From Bacteroidales bacterium (GTDB lineage: Bacteria > Bacteroidota > Bacteroidia > Bacteroidales > Bacteroidaceae): 64,000 nucleotides of DNA. Below the pieces are notes generated by a model. That model was not told where the DNA came from, did not search any database, and saw only the letters and a list, made by a program, of their open reading frames with translations. Shown here piece after piece: positions 17,655-27,236 of the stretch (its first letter is position 1; every line of letters starts with the position of its first letter). Location of the stretch: NCBI GenBank assembly GCA_015060865.1, contig SUXS01000012.1, positions 41,313-105,312 of the forward strand, in the 5' to 3' direction. The position numbers and the translations under genes were made by a program.

Positions 17655-20213
17655 TTATCCGCAACGGCTGGTGCCGCAGTTGGTGCAGATAAGGCAACCT
17701 TCCTGATATACGAGGCTCTCTTGTCCGCAGTTGGGGCATACTTGTCCCTTAGCTGCAGTGCCGTCGAGCACGTATTTCTTCAATGCACGCTCAACACCGA
17801 CTTTCCAAGTATTGATGCTTTCGCTGTCGAGCTGCAATGAACTGACAAGCTTGATTACCTGCTCGATAGGCATACGATATCGGAGTACGCCTGAGATAAG
17901 CTTGGCGTAGTTCCAGTATTCCTTGTCGAACTTCTCGGAAAGTCCCTCGATGGTGGTCTTGTAGCCGCGCTTGTTGCTGAACTGGAAGTCGTAGCGCTTC
18001 ACGCCGTTCTCGTCTACGTTTTTAATGATGTAGCCGTTGGTTACGGATTTGGGCAGAAGGATGCCCTCCTCATCGTCGGCCAAACCAGTGAAGATTTCGT
18101 AGGGACGGCCGTCGAGCAAGCCAACGAAGGCTACCCACTTCTCCTTGTTGTTCTGGAAACGTACCACATCGGCTTCGAGCACGCGAGGACGTGTCTCTAC
18201 TACTACGGGGGGCTTGCAGGTGCAAGGCTCCTCTACGGGCTTGCCATCGGCGGTCTTCTTCTTGTTGTCGGTAGCAATGAGTACGCCGCTGCGTGAACCG
18301 TCGCGGTATACGGTGCAACCCTTACAGCCGCACTTCCATGCCTCTACATAGAGGTCGTTGACGAGCTCTTCGCTTACGTCTGCGGGGAGATTGATGGTGA
18401 CGCTGATGCTGTGGTCTACCCACTTCTGGATGCGGCCCTGCATCTGTACCTTCTTGAGCCAGTCGATATCGTTGGCAGTAGCCTTGTTGTAGGGACTCTC
18501 TGCTACCATGGCGTCGATTTCCTCTTGGGTATAGCGCTTGGTGGTGTCGTAGCCCTTGGTCTCCATCCAAGTCATGAACTTGGGGTGGTATACGATGAAC
18601 TCCTCGAATGAGTCGCCTGTTTCGTCAGTAAAGTCTACATGTACGTCGGGGTCATTGGGGTTTACCTTGCGACGGCGCTTGTATACGGGCATGAATACGG
18701 GTTCGATGCCTGAGGTGGTTTGTGTCATCAAGCTCACGGTGCCGGTGGGGGCGATGGTGAGGCAGGCGATGTTGCGGCGACCATGCTTCTTCATCTCCTC
18801 GTACAGTGCTGGGTCGGCATCCTTGAGGCGGTTGATGAAGGGGTTGTTCTTCTCGCGCTCGCTGTCGTATACCTTGAATGCGCCACGCTCCTTGGCCATG
18901 TTGACCGATGAGCGGTAGGCCTCGATGGCGATGGTGCGGTGTACCTTCTCGGAGAAGTCGGTAGCCTCGTCGGTACCGTAGCGCAGGCCCATAGCGGCAA
19001 GCATATCGCCCTCGGCGGTGATGCCTACACCTGTACGGCGACCAAGGGTGCTCTTGTCCATAATCTTCTGCCACAGCTTGCGCTCAGCTCCCTTAACCTC
19101 CTCGCTCTCGGGGTCGCTCTCTATCTTCTGCATGATGGCCTCAATCTTCTCAATCTCAAGGTCGATGATATCGTCCATGATGCGCTGAGCTACAGCTACG
19201 TGCTGTTTGAAGAGGTCGAAGTCGAAGTATGCCTCGGGGGTGAAGGGATTTACTACGTATGAGTAGAGGTTGATGGCCAGCAGACGGCATGAGTCGTAGG
19301 GACAGAGAGGAATCTCACCGCAGGGGTTGGTAGAGACTGTCTTGAAGCCGAGGTCGGCATAGCAGTCGGGTACGGACTCGCGGATGATGGTGTCCCAGAA
19401 GAGTACACCAGGCTCGGCGCTCTTCCATGCATTATGTACAATCTTCTTCCACAGCTCTGATGCGTTCACCTCCTTGGTGTAGAGGGGTTCGGTGCTGTCG
19501 ATGGGATATTTCTGTGTGTAAGGACGGCCTTCTACAGCTGCACGCATGAAGTCGTCGTCCATCTTCACCGATACGTTGGCGCCAGTCACCTTGCCTTCGG
19601 TCATCTTGGCATCGATGAATGACTCTGAATCGGGGTGTTTGATAGACACGCTGAGCATCAAAGCTCCGCGTCGTCCATCTTGGGCAACCTCACGAGTGGA
19701 ATTTGAGTAGCGTTCCATGAAAGGAACAAGACCAGTAGAAGTAAGGGCCGAGTTCTTCACGGGTGAACCCTTTGGACGAATGTGTGAAAGGTCGTGGCCT
19801 ACACCACCGCGACGCTTCATGAGTTGTACCTGCTCTTCGTCTACACGGATAATGGCACCATATGAGTCGGCGTTGCCGTCCATACCGATGACAAAGCAGT
19901 TTGAGAGAGAAGCAATCTGGTAGTTGTTGCCGATACCGGTCATAGGACTGCCTTGGGGAACGATGTACTTGAAGTGGTCAAGCAGGTCAAAGAGCTGCTG
20001 GGCCGACAAGGCATTGGGGTACTTTGCCTCTACGCGGGCAATCTCATTGGCAATGCGCCAATGCATGTCTCTCGGGGTCTCTTCATAGATGTTGCCCAGA
20101 GAGTCTTTCATGGCATACTTGTTCGCCCATACTCTTGCAGCGAGAGCATCACCACCAAAGTATTCGAGCGTAGCATTCTGCGCTTCTTCGAACGTGTAAG
20201 TTTTCTTTTCCAC
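17655..20213 (-). CDS. nrdJ: class II (adenosylcobalamin-dependent) ribonucleotide reductase
   Basis: Single 852-aa chain with NPCGEIPL, TIAPTGT and a C-terminal CPNC..CTNC zinc ribbon. Confidence 0.85.
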   Translation of the reverse strand: MEKKTYTFEEAQNATLEYFGGDALAARVWANKYAMKDSLGNIYEETPRDMHWRIANEIARVEAKYPNALSAQQLFDLLDHFKYIVPQGSPMTGIGNNYQIASLSNCFVIGMDGNADSYGAIIRVDEEQVQLMKRRGGVGHDLSHIRPKGSPVKNSALTSTGLVPFMERYSNSTREVAQDGRRGALMLSVSIKHPDSESFIDAKMTEGKVTGANVSVKMDDDFMRAAVEGRPYTQKYPIDSTEPLYTKEVNASELWKKIVHNAWKSAEPGVLFWDTIIRESVPDCYADLGFKTVSTNPCGEIPLCPYDSCRLLAINLYSYVVNPFTPEAYFDFDLFKQHVAVAQRIMDDIIDLEIEKIEAIMQKIESDPESEEVKGAERKLWQKIMDKSTLGRRTGVGITAEGDMLAAMGLRYGTDEATDFSEKVHRTIAIEAYRSSVNMAKERGAFKVYDSEREKNNPFINRLKDADPALYEEMKKHGRRNIACLTIAPTGTVSLMTQTTSGIEPVFMPVYKRRRKVNPNDPDVHVDFTDETGDSFEEFIVYHPKFMTWMETKGYDTTKRYTQEEIDAMVAESPYNKATANDIDWLKKVQMQGRIQKWVDHSISVTINLPADVSEELVNDLYVEAWKCGCKGCTVYRDGSRSGVLIATDNKKKTADGKPVEEPCTCKPPVVVETRPRVLEADVVRFQNNKEKWVAFVGLLDGRPYEIFTGLADDEEGILLPKSVTNGYIIKNVDENGVKRYDFQFSNKRGYKTTIEGLSEKFDKEYWNYAKLISGVLRYRMPIEQVIKLVSSLQLDSESINTWKVGVERALKKYVLDGTAAKGQVCPNCGQESLVYQEGCLICTNCGTSRCG

Positions 20214-20289
20214 TGTGTTTTATGAGGTTATAGTTGTTGCAAAAAAGGTAAGTTGTGTAGAAGTGTTTCTTTCTTGAACAAAAGCTCTG

Positions 20290-20320
20290 CAAAGTTATAT
20301 AACCTTTCTGTATTGACAAA
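20290..20320 (-). promoter_or_regulatory. nrdJ promoter
   Basis: CAAAgtTA at 20290-20297 and CAAA at 20317-20320 on the plus strand, 19-nt spacer. Confidence 0.6.
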
Positions 20321-20626
20321 ATTTTTCAACAATGAAATTGTGTAAAAAATAAAAGTTTTCCAAAATATTTGTTTATATTTTTATAAATCAGCGAGTTGTG
20401 ATTTTTGCGTTTTGTGTAAAGTTTTCCGAAAGAAAAAGTTGGTAGTTGGGTGTGCTGTCTTGAAGATGGAATTCTTTTTCTTTTTGAACTTGGAAGAATG
20501 ATGTGGCAATGCAATGAAACTAGATGTTTCACTTGTCGATTATTTTAGAAAGTAGAAGGCTTATGTAGGTAAAAAGTATAAGGACGTTCTTCGGTCGTAA
20601 TGTTTGAGACCAATAGCCGTTTCTAT

Positions 20627-22030
20627 TTATCGAGTGGTGAGTTTTTTCTCTATACTTTCTATGGCTACTTGTAGAGACTTGTCATATGCAAGCTGTTCCT
20701 TGATGATACGGCAGGCATGTAAGACGGTGGAGTGATCTTTAGATCCGATGTGTTGGCCAATTTTTGATAGTGAAATGTTGGGAATATGCTTTTGAGAGAG
20801 GTACATTGCTACTTGGCGAGCTAATACAATGTCTCTTTTGCGTGATGTGGAGAAAATGGCCTCTTCCTCTACATGGTAATGATTGCAGGTGTTGCGAACA
20901 ACATCGTCAACGTTAATTTCTTTTTTAACAATGCGTACAGCTTTGCTTATGACACGCTCTGTCATAGCCAAATCGATGTCGCGACCATAAATGGTAGCAT
21001 GCGCCATCAAAGAGATAAGAATACCTTCTAATTCTCGTACACTGTCTGTTACATTTAGAGCTATATATTCCAATGCATCGTCGGAGATGGCGATATTCTC
21101 TTGCTTTACCTTTGTGAGCAGAATGTTACGGCGTAGCTCAAGATTGGGCTTTTCGATTTCAGCTGTTAATCCCCATTTGAAGCGGGTTATCAAACGCTCT
21201 TCTATTCCTTGAAGCATCACAGGAGGTCTGTCGCAAGTCATAATGAGTTGCTTGCCATTCTGATGCAGATGGTTGAAGATGTGGAAGAATGTGTTTTGTG
21301 TTTTTTCTACTCCAACAAACTCTTGAATGTCATCAATGATGAGGACATCAATTGTCTGGTAAAAATAAAGAAAGTCATTGAGCGTATTCTTTCGTACAGA
21401 ATCTGTATATTGTATCTTAAATAAGTGTGCTGATACGTAGAGAACGCGTAGGTGAGGGTATAGTTCTTTTACGCGTAGTCCGATGGCATTTGCCAAATGG
21501 GTCTTTCCAACCCCTGATGCTCCATAGAGAAAGAGGGGGTTGAATATTGTTTTGCCCGGATTGCGTGCTATATTATCAGCTGCAGCTAGTGGCAATTTGT
21601 TACTTAGGCCCTCAATGAAATTGTCGAATGTGTAGTTGGGTTTCAGCATGGGGTCAAGATCCTGAGGAGCTACGGCAATAGTCTTAGGACTTTGATTATT
21701 GCTCTTGATGGTGGGAGCAATCTGCTCATGCTTTGTGGTAGGACTTGGCTGATCTATCGTGGCCTGGCTTTCTATATCCATTAGAATACGATAGTTTAGC
21801 ATTGTCTGGTTACCGAAGATACGACGTATCGTGAGTCCTAACAGGTTCAGATAGTTTTCTTCCAGCTGCTCACGGACATAATAGCTGGGAACAAAAAGGG
21901 TGAGTGTGTTGTTTGAAAACGAAGCTGGCTTGATGCAAACAAACCAAGTCTCATATGCTTCGCTTGATATATTATCTTTAATAATAGCCAAGCATTTGTC
22001 CCATTGTCCGATGAGCTCTTTTTCTGTCAT
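20627..22030 (-). CDS. dnaA: chromosomal replication initiator DnaA
   Basis: Walker A GASGVGKTHL, box VII, and C-terminal DNA-binding IGSKDHSTVLHA. Confidence 0.95.
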   Translation of the reverse strand: MTEKELIGQWDKCLAIIKDNISSEAYETWFVCIKPASFSNNTLTLFVPSYYVREQLEENYLNLLGLTIRRIFGNQTMLNYRILMDIESQATIDQPSPTTKHEQIAPTIKSNNQSPKTIAVAPQDLDPMLKPNYTFDNFIEGLSNKLPLAAADNIARNPGKTIFNPLFLYGASGVGKTHLANAIGLRVKELYPHLRVLYVSAHLFKIQYTDSVRKNTLNDFLYFYQTIDVLIIDDIQEFVGVEKTQNTFFHIFNHLHQNGKQLIMTCDRPPVMLQGIEERLITRFKWGLTAEIEKPNLELRRNILLTKVKQENIAISDDALEYIALNVTDSVRELEGILISLMAHATIYGRDIDLAMTERVISKAVRIVKKEINVDDVVRNTCNHYHVEEEAIFSTSRKRDIVLARQVAMYLSQKHIPNISLSKIGQHIGSKDHSTVLHACRIIKEQLAYDKSLQVAIESIEKKLTTR

Positions 22031-22070
22031 TTTTCTTCTTCTCTGTAATTCACGATAAACTTCTACAATG

Positions 22071-22078
22071 CAAAGTTA
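22071..22078 (-). promoter_or_regulatory. -7 box of dnaA promoter
   Basis: CAAAgtTA on the plus strand, about 40 nt upstream of the dnaA ATG. Confidence 0.5.
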
Positions 22079-22372
22079 CATGAGTTATTTCGATTTTGAA
22101 AACAACTTTTTTTTGTGGTTTACTTGCTTCTTTGTAAGGTTTTGCCTATCAGTGACTTATAAAAAGATTAGAATTGTTGTCAATAAAAAAAATTGCACAT
22201 GTCCAACTCTCTGTAATACAGGATGGTTTGTAATTATTTGTTATAAATAGCAAGACTTTATAGTACCTTGAAACATACGATAAATGATTGTTTATAGTAC
22301 CTTCTACATGCTTTGATTCAAACTCTGTTTTTTAATCTTATTTAGACGGAGTATAATTTATAAGTATCTTTT

Positions 22373-22407
22373 CTACCTCTCCTGAAATGGAGAGGTAGTG
22401 ATTTTTT
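22373..22407 (+). terminator. intrinsic terminator with its U-tract on the plus strand only
   Basis: ctacctctcc-tgaaat-ggagaggtag then tgatttttt. It abuts the GH2 stop codon, but on the minus strand it is followed by A residues. Confidence 0.55.
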
Positions 22408-22408
22408 C

Positions 22409-24823
22409 TTATGGTTCTATAATCAATCTATCATCTTCTAGTAATGGGGCGCTGAAGGTGAGCGTCACGGGTGCATCGCCATTGACTTGCACGTAGGCTA
22501 CGAGGTAGCCCTGGTAGGCGCGGCGCTGGCGTGCCTTGGGGTGGCTCATGTCGCTGTTGTCGGAGTTCTCGAGGCCCAGCAGGCGGGCAGGTCCCTCGAC
22601 CTGGCAAGAGATCATGTTGTCGGCCAGCTTCACGATGGTGCCCTGCTCATCGAGCACCTCCACGAGCACTTGTGCGGTGCCTCCTGCAGCCGACACCTCG
22701 GGCTCGAGCAGTGTGGCACGAAGCTGGTAGGGGCGATCGCTGGTGGTGATAGCATAGGTGGCCTGCAGGTTGCCCTCAGCATCGAAGCCCTCGGCGGTGA
22801 GGGTGCCGGGGCGGTACTCTACGTCCCAATGTATCATGCCGCTGTTGTCGTCGTAGGGGCGCATCTCGCCAATGACCTCGCCATTGAGCTTGAGCTGTGC
22901 CTTGGCGGTGTTGGTGTAGCATACCACGCGCACACGCTGTCCGTCGCGGTAGTTCCAGGTGTCGCCGGCATCGATGGAGAGCTGGTTGCCCCAGCGCCCA
23001 CGGCCTGTGCGGTAGGTGCCGATATAGATCATGGGCTTGTCGCTCCAGTGGGCCTCGCGGAACTTGCCGCGTCCCTTGGGGTAGTTGGCAAAGTTGAGCA
23101 GACCGGTGTGGAGGCCGCGTGAGGGCCATGCGCCTGACTCGCCGAGGTAGTCGGTGCCCGTCCAGATGAACTGGCCGAAGATGTGTTCCTTGTCGCGCAC
23201 GGCTTTCCAGGCACCGAAGTCGCTGCGGGTCTCGCTGCCGTAGATGATGCGCTCGGGGTATTTCTTATGGTCGGTGTCGTAGCGGTCCTCGGTGTAGTTG
23301 TAGCCTACCACGTCGACAGCTTCGGGATACTCGGTCTCGTTGCTCATGACCACACCTGCCAAGGCTCCCGTGACGGGACGTGAGGAGTCGATGGCGCGGA
23401 TGCAGGCTGCCAGGCGCTTGGCAATCTTGCCTATACGCTCGGCATGGGGACGCTCGGGGTCGTAACCGCCAAACATGGGCTGGCTGATGCTGCTGCCGTC
23501 GAGCACGGGGTGTGAGTAGGGGTCGTTGGGGTAGTCTACCTCATTGCCTACGCTCCAGAGGAACACGCTGGGGTGGTTGCGGTCGCGGCGCACGATGTCG
23601 GTGATGTCGCGCTCTATCCACTCTTCGAAGAAGTCGGCCGTGCCCTCAAAGCCGGGCTCGCCCTTGTTCCAGCCCTTTATCCACTTGCGCTTGGGGAACT
23701 CCCACTCGTCGCTGCCCTCGTCCATGATGAGCAGACCCAGCTCGTCGCACAGGTCATACACGATGGGGGCTTGCGGATTGTGGCTCATGCGGATGGCATT
23801 GGCTCCCATGGCCTTGAGCGACTCGAGGCGGCGGCGCCATACCTCGGGAGGCACTACGGCACCCAGCACACCGGCATCGTGGTGGAGGCATACGCCCTTG
23901 ACTTTCATGTTCTGTCCGTTGAGGGCAAAACCCTTGTCGGCACTGAAGTCGAGGGTGCGCAAGCCGGCACGGATCTCGGTATGGTCTATCACCTTACCGT
24001 CGGCAAGGAGCTCCACCTGCAGGGTGTAGAGGTAGGGGTCGTCGAGGTTCCAGCGGTGAGGGTTCTTTAATTGACAATTCACAATTGACAATTGACAATT
24101 GGTGGTGCTGGCTGCCACGCTGGCACTCTTGGTGGCAGAGGCTACCTTCTTGCCATCGGCATCGAGCATCGTGATGCGTGCCTGTACCTTCTGTGCCTGC
24201 GTGGTGTGGTTGTCTACAGCCACGTCGACCTCGATGGTGGCACTGCGGTCGGTAAGCTTGCTGGCGCGGTAGGCCACGCCCCACTGCGAGAGGTGCACGT
24301 CGGGGGCGCTGATGAGGTAGACGTCGCGGTAGATGCCCGAACCGGTGTACCAGCGCGAGTCGGCATAGCGGCTATGGTCGACGCGTACGGCAATGACATT
24401 GTCGCCGCCCTTGTTGAGGTAGGGGGTGAGGTCATACATGAACGATACGTATCCGTTGGGGCGGTGTCCCAGGTGGTGGCCGTTGAGGTATACATCGCTG
24501 CGGTTATACACGCCCTCGAAGTAGATGTAGTGGCGGGCGGCATCGTCGCCCACAGTAAAGGTCTTGCGATACCATCCTATGCCTCCGGGCAGGTAACCTG
24601 TGCAGCTGGCCAGCTCCTGCGAGGGAGCGCTCTCCACGCTCCAGTCGTGGGGCAGCTCCATGGGGCGCCAGCGGCTGTCGTCGTAGTCGGGCTTGCTGGC
24701 TGCACTGTCATCGCGGAGGATAAAGCGCCACCCAGTGTTGAACTTTTCGGCTTGGCCAAACGATACTTGAGCCGAGGCACCGAGGCCTATGAGGCTGACG
24801 AGGAGAGTGAGTAGTGTTCTCAT
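22409..24823 (-). CDS. glycoside hydrolase family 2 (beta-galactosidase/glucuronidase-like)
   Basis: Signal peptide, DDSRWRPMELPHDW, NAIRMSHNPQ, SVGNEV. Confidence 0.8.
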   Translation of the reverse strand: MRTLLTLLVSLIGLGASAQVSFGQAEKFNTGWRFILRDDSAASKPDYDDSRWRPMELPHDWSVESAPSQELASCTGYLPGGIGWYRKTFTVGDDAARHYIYFEGVYNRSDVYLNGHHLGHRPNGYVSFMYDLTPYLNKGGDNVIAVRVDHSRYADSRWYTGSGIYRDVYLISAPDVHLSQWGVAYRASKLTDRSATIEVDVAVDNHTTQAQKVQARITMLDADGKKVASATKSASVAASTTNCQLSIVNCQLKNPHRWNLDDPYLYTLQVELLADGKVIDHTEIRAGLRTLDFSADKGFALNGQNMKVKGVCLHHDAGVLGAVVPPEVWRRRLESLKAMGANAIRMSHNPQAPIVYDLCDELGLLIMDEGSDEWEFPKRKWIKGWNKGEPGFEGTADFFEEWIERDITDIVRRDRNHPSVFLWSVGNEVDYPNDPYSHPVLDGSSISQPMFGGYDPERPHAERIGKIAKRLAACIRAIDSSRPVTGALAGVVMSNETEYPEAVDVVGYNYTEDRYDTDHKKYPERIIYGSETRSDFGAWKAVRDKEHIFGQFIWTGTDYLGESGAWPSRGLHTGLLNFANYPKGRGKFREAHWSDKPMIYIGTYRTGRGRWGNQLSIDAGDTWNYRDGQRVRVVCYTNTAKAQLKLNGEVIGEMRPYDDNSGMIHWDVEYRPGTLTAEGFDAEGNLQATYAITTSDRPYQLRATLLEPEVSAAGGTAQVLVEVLDEQGTIVKLADNMISCQVEGPARLLGLENSDNSDMSHPKARQRRAYQGYLVAYVQVNGDAPVTLTFSAPLLEDDRLIIEP
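24069..24101. repeat. in-frame heptamer array (AATTGAC AATTCAC AATTGAC AATTGAC AATTG) inside the GH2 gene
   Basis: 33 AT-rich nt embedded in very GC-rich coding sequence. Translated on the minus strand as NCQLSIVNCQL. Confidence 0.85.
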
Positions 24824-24887
24824 AAATGGTAGTTTTGTCTTTATAATAGGACTGCCATCCTAAGCAAGGGTTTAATAGCTGGTGCAA

Positions 24888-27134
24888 TTATTCATCCACG
24901 CGAATGACGGTGCGGATATTGTTGAGCTTCTTCAAGTTGTCGCAGATGACTTTTATGTCGTCCACGTCGTGAACTCGGAGGCGTATGGTGCCATCGAAGA
25001 TGCCGTCGTGAGCCTCTATGAGGATGCGCTCCATGTTTACATTGAGCTCCTGGGAAATCACGTTGGTAATTTGGTTCACCACACCCACACCGTCGATACC
25101 CTTGATGTTGATTGATACGGAGAAATGGAGCAATTTGTGGGTACTCCACTGTGCTGCCACGATGCGGTTGCCATAGCCGGCCTTGAGCTTGGCTGCTTCG
25201 GGGCACTTGCGTTGGTGGATGATGATTTGTCCGTCGTCGCCGATGAATCCGAGCACATCGTCGCCAGGGATGGGGTGGCAGCACTTTGCCATGTGGTAGC
25301 TGCTTTGGATGGCCTCGTCGGTGAGGATGAGCGGACGTTTCTTGTCAATCTTTTGTGGATTGTCGTTTGACAATTGCGGCTTGCCAATAGGCTTTTCTTC
25401 TTTCTTGCTTGTGCGGAAGAGTCGGCCAAGGATGTTTGTCGATGAACTGGAACCCTTGAGAGCATTGCGGTCGGCATCGCCGAGGATGATGCTCTTGTTG
25501 CCCAGCGCTACGAGCAACTGGTCATACTCCGAGAAGTTATGCATGCGGCATAGGCGGGCTATGCTGTGTACGTCGAGTGTGAGGTCCTCCTTCTGGGCAA
25601 ACTCGGCCATGATGCGTTCGCCCTCTTTGTGAGCGGCACGCTCCTCACGGCGCAGTATGCCCTGTATCTTGCTTTTTGCCTTGGCGGTGGTCACCATGGT
25701 GAGCCACTCGGGCTTCACATTCTGTGTTTTTGAGGTGAGTACCTCTACTTGGTCGCCACTCTGCAATACGTGGCTCATAGGCACGAGTTTGTGGTTCACC
25801 TTGGCACCGATGCAGTGCGTTCCCACCAATGTATGTATGGAGAAGGCAAAGTCGAGCGCGGTGCAGCCTTGCGGCATGGTCTTGATGTCGCCCTTGGGGG
25901 TGAAGACGAAGATTTCTGACGAGTAGAGGTTGAGCTTGATCGCGTCGAGGAAGTCCATCGCGTCGGGCTGTGGGTCGTCGAGGATTTCCTTGATGGTGTG
26001 GAGCCACTTGTTGAGGTCCACCTCATCCTCCTCCACGTAGCCGCTCTCCTTGTATTTCCAGTGTGCTGCAACGCCCTGTTCGGCGATGTCGTCCATGCGC
26101 TGGCTACGAATCTGCACCTCCACCCATTCGCCGTGATTGCTCATGAGGGTCACGTGCAGGGCTTGATAGCCGTTTGTCTTAGGCTGGTTCACCCAGTCGC
26201 GGAAGCGGTCGGGGTGGGTACGGTAGAGGTGCGATAGAGCAATATATATGTTGAAGCACTCGTTGGCCTCCTCTTTGATATTCTTGGGCTCGAAGATGAT
26301 GCGCACGGCCAGTATGTCGAATATCTCCTCGAAGGCGAGCTGCTTGACCTGCATCTTCTTCCAAATCGAGTAGGGCGACTTGATGCGTCCCATCAGTCGG
26401 TACTGTACACCCATCTCGTCGAGCTTGGCCTTGATGGGGGCGGTAAAGTCGGCAAAGAGTTTCTCGCGCTCCGCCTGTGTCATGGCCAGCTTTTCCTCTA
26501 TGCGGGCATACTCCTCGGGGTGCTCATACTTGAAGCTGAGGTTCTCCAGTTCCACCTTTATCTTGCTCAATCCGAGGCGATAGGCGATGGGGGCGTATAT
26601 GTAGAGCGTTTCTCCGGCAATCTTGTACTGCTTGTTGGGTGCCATGTGCTGCAGGGTGCGCATGTTGTGCAGTCGGTCGGCAATCTTGATGAGTATCACG
26701 CGTATGTCTTCCGACATGGTGAGCAGCAACTTCTTGAAGTTCTCCGTCTGTGCCGACGCCTTGTCTCCGAAGATGCCACCCGCTATCTTGGTCAGCCCGT
26801 CAACGATTTGCGCTATCTTGGGGCCGAAGAGGTTGGCGATGTCCTCCACGGTATATTCGGTATCCTCCACCACATCGTGGAGCAATGCTGCGCAGATGGA
26901 TGTAGAGCCCAAACCTATTTCCTCGCTCACGATGCGTGCTACGGCGATGGGGTGCATGATATAGGGCTCGCCCGAGTTACGACGCACTCCCTTATGGGCA
27001 TGCTTGGCAAAGTTGAAGGCACGGGTGATGATGTCGACCTTCTTGCGGTGCTTCGAGGCCAGGTAAGTACTCAGCATTCCTTGGAACGCTTCGTTTATCA
27101 TCTTCTCTTCGGCAAGTTCCTTTTCGGTGTTCAT
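24888..27134 (-). CDS. bifunctional (p)ppGpp synthetase/hydrolase (RelA/SpoT homologue)
   Basis: HD domain (HPIAVARIV..LLHDVVEDT), synthetase domain, TGS and C-terminal ACT-like domain. Confidence 0.9.
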   Translation of the reverse strand: MNTEKELAEEKMINEAFQGMLSTYLASKHRKKVDIITRAFNFAKHAHKGVRRNSGEPYIMHPIAVARIVSEEIGLGSTSICAALLHDVVEDTEYTVEDIANLFGPKIAQIVDGLTKIAGGIFGDKASAQTENFKKLLLTMSEDIRVILIKIADRLHNMRTLQHMAPNKQYKIAGETLYIYAPIAYRLGLSKIKVELENLSFKYEHPEEYARIEEKLAMTQAEREKLFADFTAPIKAKLDEMGVQYRLMGRIKSPYSIWKKMQVKQLAFEEIFDILAVRIIFEPKNIKEEANECFNIYIALSHLYRTHPDRFRDWVNQPKTNGYQALHVTLMSNHGEWVEVQIRSQRMDDIAEQGVAAHWKYKESGYVEEDEVDLNKWLHTIKEILDDPQPDAMDFLDAIKLNLYSSEIFVFTPKGDIKTMPQGCTALDFAFSIHTLVGTHCIGAKVNHKLVPMSHVLQSGDQVEVLTSKTQNVKPEWLTMVTTAKAKSKIQGILRREERAAHKEGERIMAEFAQKEDLTLDVHSIARLCRMHNFSEYDQLLVALGNKSIILGDADRNALKGSSSSTNILGRLFRTSKKEEKPIGKPQLSNDNPQKIDKKRPLILTDEAIQSSYHMAKCCHPIPGDDVLGFIGDDGQIIIHQRKCPEAAKLKAGYGNRIVAAQWSTHKLLHFSVSINIKGIDGVGVVNQITNVISQELNVNMERILIEAHDGIFDGTIRLRVHDVDDIKVICDNLKKLNNIRTVIRVDE

Positions 27135-27145
27135 GTTTTTTTAAT

Positions 27146-27236
27146 CCTGAATTCTAAATTCTGAATTGTTCTTTTTAGTCTTTGACTTTGGCCCCTTCGG
27201 GCGTCGACCTTCGGCTCATCTTTCAACTTTCATCTT
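27146..27236. repeat. spacer element with heptamer arrays (CCTGAAT TCTAAAT TCTGAAT / CATCTTT CAACTTT CATCTT)
   Basis: Fills the spacer between the RSH start (27134) and the mltD-like stop (27230). Centre is ggccccttcgggcgtcgaccttcggc. Confidence 0.6.

Noticed and set aside
20214-20290. Cobalamin riboswitch or NrdR operator upstream of nrdJ
   Set aside because: The leader behind the predicted promoter is only ~75 nt and I see no B12-box-like sequence. The repeated ttgtgtaaa..agttttcc words (20338-20361, 20412-20427) lie upstream of the promoter and do not match the NrdR box pattern I remember.
22487-24814. Many long plus-strand ORFs (e.g. 22487..23122, 23573..24070, 24092..24814) overlapping the GH2 gene
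   Set aside because: They are antisense shadows in a very GC-rich gene, with Ala/Gly/Val/Arg-rich, motif-free translations. The minus-strand GH2 ORF is continuous and has family motifs.
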